Position numbers and translations under genes: made by a program. 64,000 nucleotides of DNA from Podospora anserina (Eukaryota). Shown here piece after piece: positions 37,213 to 48,649 of this stretch (positions are counted from its first letter, which is position 1; every line of letters begins with the position of its first letter). The stretch lies in contig CM030334.1 of the NCBI GenBank assembly GCA_017654855.1, positions 3,968,001 to 4,032,000 on the forward strand, read 5' to 3'. The notes under the pieces were generated by a model. That model was not told the origin of the DNA. It searched no databases and saw only the letters and a list, made by a program, of their open reading frames with translations.

Positions 37213-39020
37213 CTAATACACATATCGGAATGTAATGGCCTTGTCGCCCTTCTCAGACAGTTCCTGTTGCGTATAATGACCCAAATCCCCATCCTCCATC
37301 TTCTTTGCCCTCTTCTTGTTGGCGGTGCTATACCCAACTAGCAGGATGAGCGAAGCGACGATACCGGCGCCAATGAACCCAAGTTCCAAACCATGACCGA
37401 GTCGATATCTGGGAGCATCCTTTGCCCGATAAAAGTTGGATGCCATTGCCTTGATATCGTGTTAGTCCTGTTCCCGTAATCAACTTGTTTACTTACACCT
37501 CCCAGGTTTCCGACACCTATTTGGACCGCCATCCCGACTGAACGCTTCAACGACCCTGCCAAGTTGTTGGAGAGCCAAGCAATGACGCCTGGAAAAGCTG
37601 GGTAGATGGCACAAGCTGCGATAAACACTCCGCCATACACCACACGCGGGTTTCCAGACGCGATGCACCTAATCTGGTCAGTTACCTTGTTGTCTCCCAA
37701 AGCAGATGGAAACTCACATGGAAAACCCAACAACCATAATAAGTAATGGAACAATGATGAACGGGCTTCTTCGCCCCACCCGATCGGAAAAGTAAGCCAC
37801 AATGACGGCGAGAATGGCGGCAGTGATGTAGATGGGAACCGTCATGAGCTGCGCGGTGCTGCTCTCATACCCCAACGTGCGAATGATGGTTGGCAAGAAT
37901 AAGCTGATGCCATAGAGCGGGCAGACAATCTTGGAAGTGTTAGCACCGGAGAAATCCAGGGGTTCAGGGGCAACATACCCCCCAGTAAACAAAGATGTTG
38001 ACCCAAATCTGCCAATCCAAAAATGCCTGTCTGACATATTTCCACTTGAAATCATCGGCCTGGGCCACCATAGCGTGATCGTTCCTCTTGCTCTGCCCTT
38101 GATACTTGAGACGGAACACGACAAATGCTCGTTCTTCCTCGGTCAAAAAAGTCGCTGTCTCGGGAAAGTCGTGCAGAGTGAAAAAAGCCAAGACGGCGAC
38201 CAGGACGGTTGCGATGCCTGGGTTGTTAGCTCGCACTCCAAAAAAGCAGGGGTTGACTTACCCTCAAGAATAAAAATCCACTGCCAGCCATGCAGCCCCC
38301 CAACACCATCCATCTTCCCAATGGCAAATGCCAAAAGTCCACTGAATGCGCCGGCGATGGAAGCTGCACTGAAGAACATGGCTTGTCTCAACTGCATCTC
38401 CTCACGCTTGTACCAGTTTGTGAGGTAGTAAGCAACGCCAGGAAACAGACCAGCCTCGGTAACGCCCAGAAAGATGCGAGCTGTCAAGAGTCCGGTAAAG
38501 TTGTGCACGATGCCCATCAAGGTCATCACCACGCCCCACGCAACCATGATGGCTGGCAACCAGATAGAAGGCCTGATCTTTTTGAGCATCAGGTTGCTGG
38601 GAACCTCGAATGCGGCATAGGTGAAAAAAAAGGCTGTGAGACACCAGTTGTATTGGTCATCCGTTAAGCCAAGATCTTCCTGAAGGCCTTTAATTTTGGC
38701 ATTGCCAATGTTACCACCTAAAATAGATTAGAATTGGATACTTAGGGAAATAAGAGATACTGACGATCCAGAAAAGAGAGTAGGTATAGTAGGGTAAGTA
38801 TCGGAATCAAGCGAATATCCATCTATCGATAGTCAGTATACAGGGTCTTCCAATAGTCGGGCATACTTTAGGTATATTCGGTACCTACCTTACAGAGAAT
38901 TACCTTCTCGTTTAAATAAATAAACGACTCTCCTATCCTCTCGATCTCGCTACGTTCTGCTTCCTCAAACTATGAACCGCCATCGTATTTTTCGGACAGA
39001 GCAGCTCCGGGAACACTTAT
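37213..39020 (-). pseudogene. MFS transporter (Tna1/Dal5 anion:cation symporter family) with RIP-destroyed 5' end
   Basis: The 3' exons are intact ('FEVPSNLMLKK', 'EAGLFPG', 'WYKREE', 'GWQWIFILEG', 'FRYVY*'). The inferred start codon reads ATA (39020-39018). An in-frame TAG lies at 38972-38970 where the duplicate copy has CAG. Confidence 0.88.
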
Positions 39021-41924
39021 TTTAATAAGTAGGAGAGGTAACATATAGGTAATTAAATAAATACACTAAAGAGGTAAATCACCCTTCTTTTAATCCCACA
39101 TACCAATATAAGCTTATTTCCTAGCATTCCTTAAATAATAATGTAAATCCCGGGCTACCTCGGTTTGCACGTCCCGCTCCCCCGCATTACGTTCCCCCGC
39201 ATACTTAGCTTATTCCCCGCGATCTTGCCTAGACCGGGCGAAATCGTTAACCTTATTCCCTAAAATCCTACAATTATAATAGTAATTACTACGTCGTTAA
39301 TAGCGCGGGGTATTACTAACTATAACGGAGAAATAGAACTAAGCAGTTAGAAACCTAAAGCCCGATTTAATTTCTAAAAAAAGAAGCTTAAAATGCTAGA
39401 TCCACTATAATAGTAAACGTTTGGCTTTAAGGAAAGGCAGATTAATTAAGAGGGGGTTTTCTTTAAGGTTAAATATAACCGGTTCTTAATTTAATATAAT
39501 TACTATAATAAGGTTAGTATATTCTTTAATTTAGGGCGTATAGGTAATTAAGATAAGAATAAAGGGCTTAGAAAAGAGGTTTTGCATAAAGAATAAACCA
39601 AATAAATCGGCGGGTCTTACAATTTTATAGGTAGTATAAAAGAAAGTATTTCGTTAGGAAAGAAATAGGTCGTTAAAAGCTACTAGATTTACGATTTTAA
39701 GAGTAAATGATTTATATAAAGGTTTTACATAAGACTTAACCGTTAGGGGGAAGCTACTAATAGTGGTATATAGGTTACGGTTAAAGTAAAACTCTAGTAA
39801 CTCTATACTTACTCGTTAAAAGTAAAAGTCTTCTAAATTTTTGGGATATATAGGGATAAAGAAGTATATTTATCGCTATTATAGATAATACTAAATATAA
39901 AAAAATAAAATAAAAAATAATAAAGGTTTAGTTAGCCGTATCTTTAGCCTTCCGGTATAGTATACTTTAATTAAGATAGGAATAAATAAAAAAAAAATTA
40001 AGATTTGCCTAATAAACTAATACAGGTAAATATTATATGCCTAAAGACGAAATAGACTATACTAATATATAAAAGGGGTTCGTTATCGAAGCGTTATATC
40101 TATCCGCTAACTCTAAATAATAAATAAATATTAAAAATATTACTAAGAAGGTAGCCGGTAGCTCGCTTCTCTAAAAGACGGGGCAGAGAGGGACCGACAG
40201 TCTCTCGAAATAATAATATTAGTTTGATCCCGAAGTTAAGCCCCATATATTCCAATCAATAACGCATCGCTAAGGCTCTACTTATGGATCCCCGGGTTAA
40301 CTCCACTAATATTCAGTATCGCAATACTAATAGCGTAATATAGAAACGGAAGGATACCGAAATAATATTTCTACCGTTAAACGGTATATATACGGCTAAA
40401 AGAGTAATAAATAAAATATAAAGAATAGTTATTAAGAGTATTATTAAGCAAAGCCGGTTAAGCCAAAGGCCTAAAAAACGACACTATAGCGGGAGGACTA
40501 CCGAGCGGTGCCGCGAGCACAATCGGGATAGGCGATATACTGGCTGACTAGCATCCTTACTAGGACAGGCGTCGTTCCTTCATAGTTAATACTAATACTT
40601 CGGAACTCCAAAGAATTATATCTGTTCTCTCTCGATATTAATCTTATGTACGTTAACCTACTATAAAGGACGACCCTACACTGGATCCCGAATCAGACTA
40701 TTTCGATGTAACGCGATGGGTACGCTATTTTGTCGGACAACTTAATAAGCAAGGCTATAAAGTAACTAACCTAGGTATTATTTTTCGGGACCTGGATGTC
40801 TTTAGGTCGGGTTTAGCTCTATAGCTTTAAAAGACGGTCGATTTAATTCTTCTCGCTCCCTTTTAACTCGGAGAACTATTCGGTAGTTATAAAAAGGAGC
40901 GGAAGTAAATTCTATATAGTTTTAACGGCTTGCTTAAGAGTAGCGAGCTTCTAGCTATTCTGGGCCGTCCTGGATCAGGATGCAGCACCTTTCTTAAAAG
41001 CCTCTACGGAGAACTGTACGGCTTGGACGTCGGTAAGCGGTCCGTTATTTATTATAATAGCGCCTCTTAGGCTTAAATAAAAAAGGAGTTTAAGGGCGAG
41101 GTTATATATAACCAAGAGGTCGATAAGCACTTTCCCCATCTTATAGTCGGTTAAACCCTTAAATACGCTACTGCAATGCGCACCCCCTCCAACCAGGCCG
41201 AGGGCATATCGAGATCTAAATACTGCTAGTATATCGCCCGCGTCATTATAGCTGTTTTTAGCCTTAGTTATACCTATTACATTAAAGTGGGAAATAACTA
41301 TGTACGAGGTATCTCCGGTAGCGAACGAAAGAGGGTCAGTATTACCGAGATAATGGTGGCCGGCTCTCCCATCTCGGCTTAGGATAATAACACACGAGGT
41401 CTTAACTCGACTTTAGCCTTTAAATTTATTTAGGCCCTTCGACTTTATTTTAATATTATTGGTTCGGTAAATACCGTAGCTATATACTAAGCTAGTTAAG
41501 CTATTTACGACGAATTCGATAAGACAATAGTCCTTTATACCGGCCGTTAAATTTATTTTGGCCCTGCTAATGCGGTAAAAGCTTTCTTTAAGCGTTAGGG
41601 CTAGTTCTGCCCTCCTCGTTAAACCACTAGTGACTTTTTGACATCAGTTACTAACCCCGAAGAACGTATCCCTCGACCTGGTATGGAATAAAAGGTACTA
41701 CGGACGCCCGAGGACTTTAAGTAGTACTAGCTTGCTTCGCCCGAGTTTAAGGCCCTCCAAGAAGAAATGGCCGCGTATGACTAAGAGTTTCAGGGAGAGC
41801 GTCAGATCCAAAGTCTGAGCCATCTGCGAGAGACCAAGAATCACAAGCAGGCCAAACACGTCCGCCAAGGTTCCCCATACATCATCAGCATCCCCATGCA
41901 GATCAAGCACAACACTGTTCGCGC
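38504..41924 (+). repeat. Copy 1 (donor) of a 3,421-bp inverted segmental duplication, RIP-mutated
   Basis: Reverse complement of 54064-57484 with identical length. All differences checked are C>T/G>A, mostly CpA>TpA or TpG>TpA. Strongly AT- and TpA-rich core. Confidence 0.96.
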
Positions 41925-44900
41925 CTACCAGAGGGTTTGGAACGATATCTCGGCCACTCTGGTCAATGTCGGTGCTAATCTGATCCTGGCCCTCATTATC
42001 GGTTCCATTTTTTACGGCAACCCCGATGCCACTGTCGGTTTTGAAGGCAAGGGATCTGTCTTGTTCATGGCCATCCTGTTGAACGCCCTCACCGCCATCT
42101 CGGAAATCGATAGTCTTTACGATCAGCGACCCATTGTCGAAAAACATCACTCCTACGCGTTTTACCATCCCGCCACCGAAGCAGCAGCTGGCATTGTGGC
42201 CGACTTGCCCATCAAGTTTGCTGCGGCTGTCGTGTTCAATCTCATTGCCTACTTTCTAGCCGGCCTTGGCCGGACACCCTCTCAATTCTTTCTCTACTTT
42301 TTGATCTCGTACATTTCGACTTTTGTCATGAGCGCCATTTTCCGGACTCTGGCGGCCATCACCAGAACCGTCTCTCAGGCCATGGCGTTGGCTGGTGTGT
42401 TGGCCTTGGCACTGGTCATGTACACTGGCTACATTATTCCTGTGCCGCAGATGCACCCCTGGTTTGGCTGGATTCGGTGGATCAACCCCATCTACTACGC
42501 TTTCGAGATCCTGGTCGCCAACGAGTTCCACGGGAGGGAATTCACTTGCTCGGACATTATCCCGCCATACTCTCCTCCGCAAGGCTCGAGTTGGATCTGT
42601 GCCAGTGCTGGAGCGGTCGCTGGAAGGCCAACCGTCAACGGAGATGCATACATCTCTGTGGCCTACCAGTACACGTACGATCACGTCTGGAGAAACTTTG
42701 GCATCCTCATTGGCTTCTTGATCTTTTTCATGGGCGTGTATTTTGCCGCCGTGGAGCTCAACTCATCCGTGACAAGCACAGCCGAAGCCTTGGTCTTTCA
42801 GCGTGGCCATGTCCCCTCTCACTTGCAAAAGGGTAGAGATGAAGAGCGCGGGGGAGAGGGCGGTGCTGCGGCGGAAAGGGGAGCTCAAAACCCCGAGAAT
42901 AGTGCCATTGAGCCTCAGAAGGACATTTTCACTTGGAAAGATGTGGTGTACGATATTGATGTCAAGGAGGGCAAGCGTCGGCTGTTGGACCATGTCTCTG
43001 GATGGGTGAAACCAGGTACGCTTACGGCTCTGATGGGCGCTTCTGGTGCCGGCAAGACGACATTATTGGACGTTCTCGCCCAGCGCACCAGCATCGGCGT
43101 TGTCACCGGGGACATGCTTGTCAACGGCAGGCCATTCGGGGCCGACTTTCAACGTCAAACCGGTTATGTGCAACAACAAGGTATGTTTTCTATTTCCCGC
43201 CCTTGCCAACTATTTCTAATCCTGATCAGATCTCCATCTGGATACGGCGACTGTGAGAGAAAGTCTCCGTTTCAGCGCCATGCTTCGCCGCCCCAAGACG
43301 GTTTCCAAAGCAGAAAAGTTTGCGTTTGTCGAAGAAGTCATCAAGATGCTCGGCATGGAGGAATATGCCAACGCTGTTGTTGGTATTCCAGGCGAGGGCC
43401 TCAACGTCGAACAACGAAAACTTCTCACGATTGGCGTTGAACTGGTGGCCAAACCCAAACTGTTGCTGTTCTTGGATGAGCCCACCAGCGGCCTTGACTC
43501 GCAGAGCGCCTGGGCCATTTGCGTCTTTCTGCGTAAGCTCGCCGATGCTGGCCAGGCTGTGTTGTGCACTATTCATCAACCCAACGCCATCTTGTTTCAA
43601 CAGTTTGACCGGCTCCTGTTCCTGGCCAAGGGGGGAAAGACAGTCTACTTTGGAAACATTGGACAAAACTCCAAGTCCCTGTTGGAATACTTTGAGCACC
43701 ATGGAGCCAGGCACTGCGGCGACGATGAGAATCCTGCCGAGTACATGCTCGAGATTGTGGCCGAAGGCGCCAACAATAAGGGCCAGGACTGGCATTCGGT
43801 CTGGAAGAACAGCGACGAGTTCAGGGATGTTCTCGCCGAGATTGACAGGATCCATTCTTCTTCCCAACAAGACACCGTCGCCGCTCCTGCTGCGGGAGAG
43901 CCAAACTCGGAGTTTGCCATGCCGTTCCATGCGCAGGTTTGGGAGGTGACACGGCGCATCTTTCAGCAGTACTGGAGAATGCCGGGATATGTCCTGGCCA
44001 AGTTCGCACTGGGAATCATGTCCGGCCTCTTTATTGGTTTCACCTTTTACCAAGCCGACGGGACTCAGGGTGGTATGAGAAATATTGTTTTTGCCGTGTT
44101 CATGGTCACCACCATCTTTACCACACTTGTGCAGCAGGTTCGTTCACCTATCAACTGTTTGAAGTGTCCACCAGCTTACTGACTGTTAAAAGATCCAACC
44201 CCTCTTCATCACCCAACGATCTCTCTACGAAGTTCGTGAGCGCCCTTCCAAGGCGTATTCCTGGAAGGCGTTCCTCATCGCCAATATCGTCGTCGAGATT
44301 CCCTATCAGATCCTCACGGGCATACTCACATATGCGTGCTTTTACTATCCCGTTGTCGGCACAGGCCAGACATCTTCCCGCCAGGGCCTCATCCTGCTCT
44401 TCATCATCCAGCTGTTCATATACGCCAGCGCCTTTGCGCACATGACCATCGTCGCCATGCCGGATGCCCACGCCGCAGCTGGCATCGTCATCCTCCTGAC
44501 AATGATGAGCACCATCTTTAGCGGTGTGCTCCAGACGAGAATCGCATTGCCCGGGTTTTGGGTGTTTATGTACTACGTCAGCCCGTTCACATACTGGATC
44601 AGCGGAATCGTGTCGACTGTGCTGCACGAGAGGCCAGTCGAGTGCTCCGTGTCGGAGACCTTGATCTTTGACCCGCCCCAGGGAATGAACTGCGCGCAGT
44701 ATCTCTCTCCCCTGGCCGGACAGGGTTCAGGCTCACTTCAAAACCCCTTCGACACTGAAGGGTGCAGGTATTGCGGGTTTGGCGTTGCGGACCAATATCT
44801 CGCCGGGGTCGACATCTTTTGGGAGGACAGGTGGAGGAATTTTGGAATCATGTGGGCGTATATCGCGTTCAACATTGCGGTTGCCATTGGAGTTTATTAC

Positions 44901-44933
44901 ATCTTCAGGGTGAGAAAGATGACAAAGAAGTAA
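40582..44933 (+). pseudogene. Pleiotropic drug resistance (ABCG/PDR) transporter: 5' part RIP-inactivated, 3' part intact
   Basis: NBD1 is still legible through many TAA/TAG stops: 'DDPTLDPE', Walker A '[13 protein letters not shown]' at about 40959, '[13 protein letters not shown]'. From about 41795 on the frame is open: TMD1, NBD2 '[11 protein letters not shown]', 'LNVEQRK', '[12 protein letters not shown]', TMD2, two introns (about 43182-43229 and 44138-44192), stop at 44933. Start position approximate. Confidence 0.93.
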
Positions 44934-45031
44934 ATCGTAGAGATAAGAGATAGACGTAATCTAGAGCTTAATTCCTAATAGTACCCTTTATGCCTACTCC
45001 CGCACATCCCTAACCCCCGGGTTCTCATGGT

Positions 45032-45490
45032 CTAGATTGTCGTCGCTGTTGGCACAGCTATGGTGCTGATGCCGCTGGGGCCGCCAGGGCCTACACCAGG
45101 ATATCGCAGCCCGGCATATCTCGCCACAGCAGCATCGCTCATGTTGGAGATGACGAGCGTTCCATCTCCAATGAGGTGGAGATTGCCCTGCGTCCTGGTC
45201 CAGTTGTTGTTTTTGCGTCCAGCAGCTTCGCGAGCCAGCTCCTCCTCAATCTCGCCAACGCAACTGCTGCTCAGCTCGTGGATAACGGCCATTTTGTAAT
45301 TGGCGATGAGTGTCATTGGATTCTTGAGCTGGGGCTGGCAGGCGGGGTCAAAGGTCTGCCAGCAGGGAGCAGGAGGGAGGTATCCGAGTGCCAGTTCGGG
45401 GTCGTACATTGGCGAGCATCTCTTGGTGAGATGCGAGCTGGCAGCCGCCGTGGCTGTGGCGGCCAAGGAGAGGAAAGTGATGAGTTGCAT
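45032..45490 (-). CDS. Small secreted protein (152 aa) with a KR processing site and 4 Cys
   Basis: Signal peptide MQLITFLSLAATATAA, then 'LTKR|CSP...PAPCWQTFDPAC'. Good start context (ACCATG). Intronless. Confidence 0.75.
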   Translation of the reverse strand: MQLITFLSLAATATAAASSHLTKRCSPMYDPELALGYLPPAPCWQTFDPACQPQLKNPMTLIANYKMAVIHELSSSCVGEIEEELAREAAGRKNNNWTRTQGNLHLIGDGTLVISNMSDAAVARYAGLRYPGVGPGGPSGISTIAVPTATTI

Positions 45491-46008
45491 GGTGAAGATG
45501 TTTGAAGTTGCGTGGCTGGTTCAGTTGACACGGCCGATGATGGACGCTCCCAAGGTGGTCTTTATATCATGATTTCAAAGAGACAATCTAAAAAAAGAAA
45601 GATGCATTCCAATGGCTTGGCTGGCTCATTTCCCGCATGGAGAAACACGAGCTTTACGCTGAACGGGGCGCCGGGTAAATCGGCCTATCTTTTCGAGCGA
45701 GGGATTCAGGCATACACGATGTTCAGAACGCAGTCAGATGCTGTCGGACATGGTTCTTGCCCGCCAATGTCACGTCAAATGTCAAAAACACCGACGGAGA
45801 AGAGTGAAAAACGGCTGTCCTCCTCCGATGCCTGTTCTAGTATTGCTCGGCATGCTTGTAGTGTCGTAGCGAATCCTCCATGCAACTGTTTCACGTCTAA
45901 ATACGAACTAAAAACGCATGTATGGCTCTTGTTCGCTGCTGCCTACGTAAAAGGATTTTGACAAGTATTATTATGCTATTACATCTATCACCTAATGATA
46001 TCATACAT

Positions 46009-48402
46009 TCAGGCAACCCATTTCTTGCCCATACCCTTCTTGCTCCACTGGTGGCTGCCGCCGGTGCCGGTTCTCTTCTTCTCCTCAAACAACTTCTTGC
46101 TCAGTTGCTTGTACACAAACGTGCCTTGCGAGTTGTAGCGGATGCTGTGGTCAGAGTCGGTAAACCAGGTCACCTCGAGCTTCTCTGGGCTGACGCGGTC
46201 TCCCATCAGCAGATCAGCGAGGGCGGCAGCGTTCTGAAAGTGAACATTGTCATCGCCGGTTCCGTGCTGAATCAGGAAGCCACCGGCAATCTTCTTGAAG
46301 CCGTCCGTGTTGTGCACCGCCGACTTGTTGTATCCAGCAGCGTTGAGCGCGGGTGTCTTCATATATCTCTCGGTGTACATGGTGTCGTAGAAGCGCCAGT
46401 CCGAGACGGGAGCGGTGGCGATACCCAGAGAGATGATGGGATCGCCAATTTCGACCACCTTAGCCGTGAGATACCCACCATACGACCAGCCCCAGATACC
46501 AATCTTGGAGGCATCAACCCACGGATTTTTGGCCAGCCACTTGGCGGCCCAGATCTGGTCCTGGGCCTCAAGATCACCCAGGTTGGAGGCAACCGCGGAA
46601 CGGAAAGCGCGGCCCTTGAGACCGGTGCCACGGTTGTCAACAGTAAAAGTGATGTACTCGAGCTCGGGATCGGAAGCAATATAGGCGTTCCAGCCAAAAG
46701 ATTGCATTCCCTTGTTGACCTGCTGAGCACCGGGGCCGCCATAGGGAGTCAACAAGACGGGGTACTTCTTGTCGGGAGAAAAGTTGGCGGGGAGACGGAG
46801 CATGGCGTTGAGCTTGAAGCCGGAAGGGTGGTCAAGTTCGTGATACGTAATGTTGGGAAGCTTGTACTCCTTGAGGTTGTTGAGGAGACGGTCATTGTTG
46901 TTGATGACGCGGAGGGGGGTCTTGGAGTCGATCTTGTAAAGTTCTTGGTAGGGGACGTTGGGGCCGGCATATCTCAGGATGTAATAGCCACCGCCGGTGG
47001 AAAATGAAGCGGACCAGACGGCAGAAACCTTGTCGTCGACCAATGGAGTCTTCTTCTTGGTGATGTAGGAAACCGAGTAAATGTGACGCTCTGTGCTGTG
47101 GCGCTCTGTGGACGTGTAGTAAATCAGTCCTCTGGAGGTGTCGATCTTGTTGATACCGGTAACCTCCCAGCTGCCCGATGTAAGAGCAATCTTGTCCTTG
47201 CCGTCCACCGAGAAGAGGTAGATGTGGTTCCACCCCGACTCGTCCGACAAGTCAAGGTAGTACTCCTTTTCGTCGTCTTTGCCCTTGCCCTTGCCCTTGC
47301 CCTTTGCCTTGCCTTTTCCTTTGCCCTTTTGCTCCGTGATGGAGCCGATGAAGCTGATGGCCGCGTTGTTGTCGAGCCAGCCGTCGGATCCATCACGCTG
47401 GCGGGTGAGGGTGGAGGTCTTGGTGGTGGTGTCAACAACCACGAGCTTTTCGTGGTCCTGAACACGGTTGAAAGCGCGGTAGATGACCTTGTCGTGCTCC
47501 TCGGTCAACCAAGCAACCTCGCCAATGATCAAGTCATCGGCTGCCCACGCAGTAACAGGAATCTCGGTCGTCTTCTTGTCCTTGACGCTCAAGAGGTGGA
47601 AGGCCACGGTGGGGTTGGTGGTGCCGACCTTGGGATACCTCAGCTCCAGCTCACGGGGATAGGCCGGGGCGACCTTTTGGTTGTCCATAAAGTAAGGGAT
47701 CGTGAAGGTGTCGACTCCGGTCTCGTTGAAGCTCAGGTAAGCAATATACTCGCCGTCGGGAGAATACCAGAGCGCATGGTCGGTGCCAAAGATTTCCTCC
47801 TCGTAGACCCAGTCGGGAACAGCGTTGAAAAGATCAGGGCCGCCGTTGGTGGTGATCTGGCTGATGGTGCCATTGTCCCAGAGGAAGAGGTTGTTGCCCT
47901 GGACAAAGGCAATCTGGGAGGACGACGCAGGGTTCCAGGTAGCATACTGGATATCACCCTTGGAACCAGGCACGAGCTGCTGGGTCTGCCCGGTGGTCAC
48001 ATCCTGGACCAGGTAGTTGGCAAAGTACGAGTGACGATACTGCTTAGTATAGTCGACAGCCCACAAGACCTTGGTCTGGTCGTGGGAGATGGAGTAGTCC
48101 CAATAGTCGGCGGGGATCTTGCTGGAGGCGAGGAATGTGGTCTTGTTGCCGCTGGCGACGTTTTCAAAGACAAGCGATCCGTCGGAGGCGAGGGTGATGA
48201 AGTCGCCGTCGTTGTCGGTCTGGGCCCAGGTGATTCCGGTGGTGGACACAGAGAGAGCGCCGGGGCTGCCCGTGGTGACATTGTACGTGAGCAGCTTGGA
48301 GCCGCCTCCGACGGGCTGGTGGGGGGGGCGAGGTGGGTCGATGGCTGAGACGGCGCCCAACAGGGCGGCGGCAGCGCCGACGAGAGCTGCGACGCGCTGC
48401 AT
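46009..48402 (-). CDS. DPP4: Secreted dipeptidyl peptidase IV (S9B)
   Basis: Signal peptide from Met at 48402. 'DWVYEEE', nucleophile 'GWSYGG', Asp 'GTGDDNVH', His 'DSDH'. Intronless. Confidence 0.95.
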   Translation of the reverse strand: MQRVAALVGAAAALLGAVSAIDPPRPPHQPVGGGSKLLTYNVTTGSPGALSVSTTGITWAQTDNDGDFITLASDGSLVFENVASGNKTTFLASSKIPADYWDYSISHDQTKVLWAVDYTKQYRHSYFANYLVQDVTTGQTQQLVPGSKGDIQYATWNPASSSQIAFVQGNNLFLWDNGTISQITTNGGPDLFNAVPDWVYEEEIFGTDHALWYSPDGEYIAYLSFNETGVDTFTIPYFMDNQKVAPAYPRELELRYPKVGTTNPTVAFHLLSVKDKKTTEIPVTAWAADDLIIGEVAWLTEEHDKVIYRAFNRVQDHEKLVVVDTTTKTSTLTRQRDGSDGWLDNNAAISFIGSITEQKGKGKGKAKGKGKGKGKDDEKEYYLDLSDESGWNHIYLFSVDGKDKIALTSGSWEVTGINKIDTSRGLIYYTSTERHSTERHIYSVSYITKKKTPLVDDKVSAVWSASFSTGGGYYILRYAGPNVPYQELYKIDSKTPLRVINNNDRLLNNLKEYKLPNITYHELDHPSGFKLNAMLRLPANFSPDKKYPVLLTPYGGPGAQQVNKGMQSFGWNAYIASDPELEYITFTVDNRGTGLKGRAFRSAVASNLGDLEAQDQIWAAKWLAKNPWVDASKIGIWGWSYGGYLTAKVVEIGDPIISLGIATAPVSDWRFYDTMYTERYMKTPALNAAGYNKSAVHNTDGFKKIAGGFLIQHGTGDDNVHFQNAAALADLLMGDRVSPEKLEVTWFTDSDHSIRYNSQGTFVYKQLSKKLFEEKKRTGTGGSHQWSKKGMGKKWVA
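47278..47328 (-). repeat. In-frame hexanucleotide microsatellite encoding a Lys-Gly tract in DPP4
   Basis: (GCCCTT)n-like repeat on the + strand, encoding KGKGKGKAKGKGKGKGK. Confidence 0.8.
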
Positions 48403-48649
48403 GGTGTTGACGTGGGAGGAGGGGAAACTGGGAGCGCCTGCCGAGAGCAAGAAACGAAAGCGACAGCATCTCTTGGTTTTAAGGTTCGGATCGACAATCT
48501 CCTGCCCGGAAGGGAAAGCCGGGTCTAGCATCCGAGGACGGCAGGTATGTTGTTCAACGTCCCATTCAGATGACATAATCAAGGCCCGATCCAGAAGGTG
48601 GTTTATAAGTGGGCGCGCCAAGCAATGGGAAGCATAATTTGTCAATTAA

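Noticed and set aside
39000-41700. AT-rich blocks (also 54300-57000) as a transposon, centromere fragment or mitochondrial insertion
   Set aside because: Both decode as RIP-mutated copies of the MFS/ABC 5' regions and their promoter; no TE or mitochondrial genes are visible.
41896-44933. Functional truncated ABC transporter starting at MQIKHN
   Set aside because: The promoter and NBD1 are RIP-destroyed; nothing in the sequence supports an internal start, so it is treated as a pseudogene remainder.
48403-48645. N-terminal extensions in the ORF track (DPP4; also MGS1 60065-60193, ISA1 61480-61629)
   Set aside because: They start at non-ATG codons; the downstream ATGs give proper signal peptide, zinc-finger or presequence starts.
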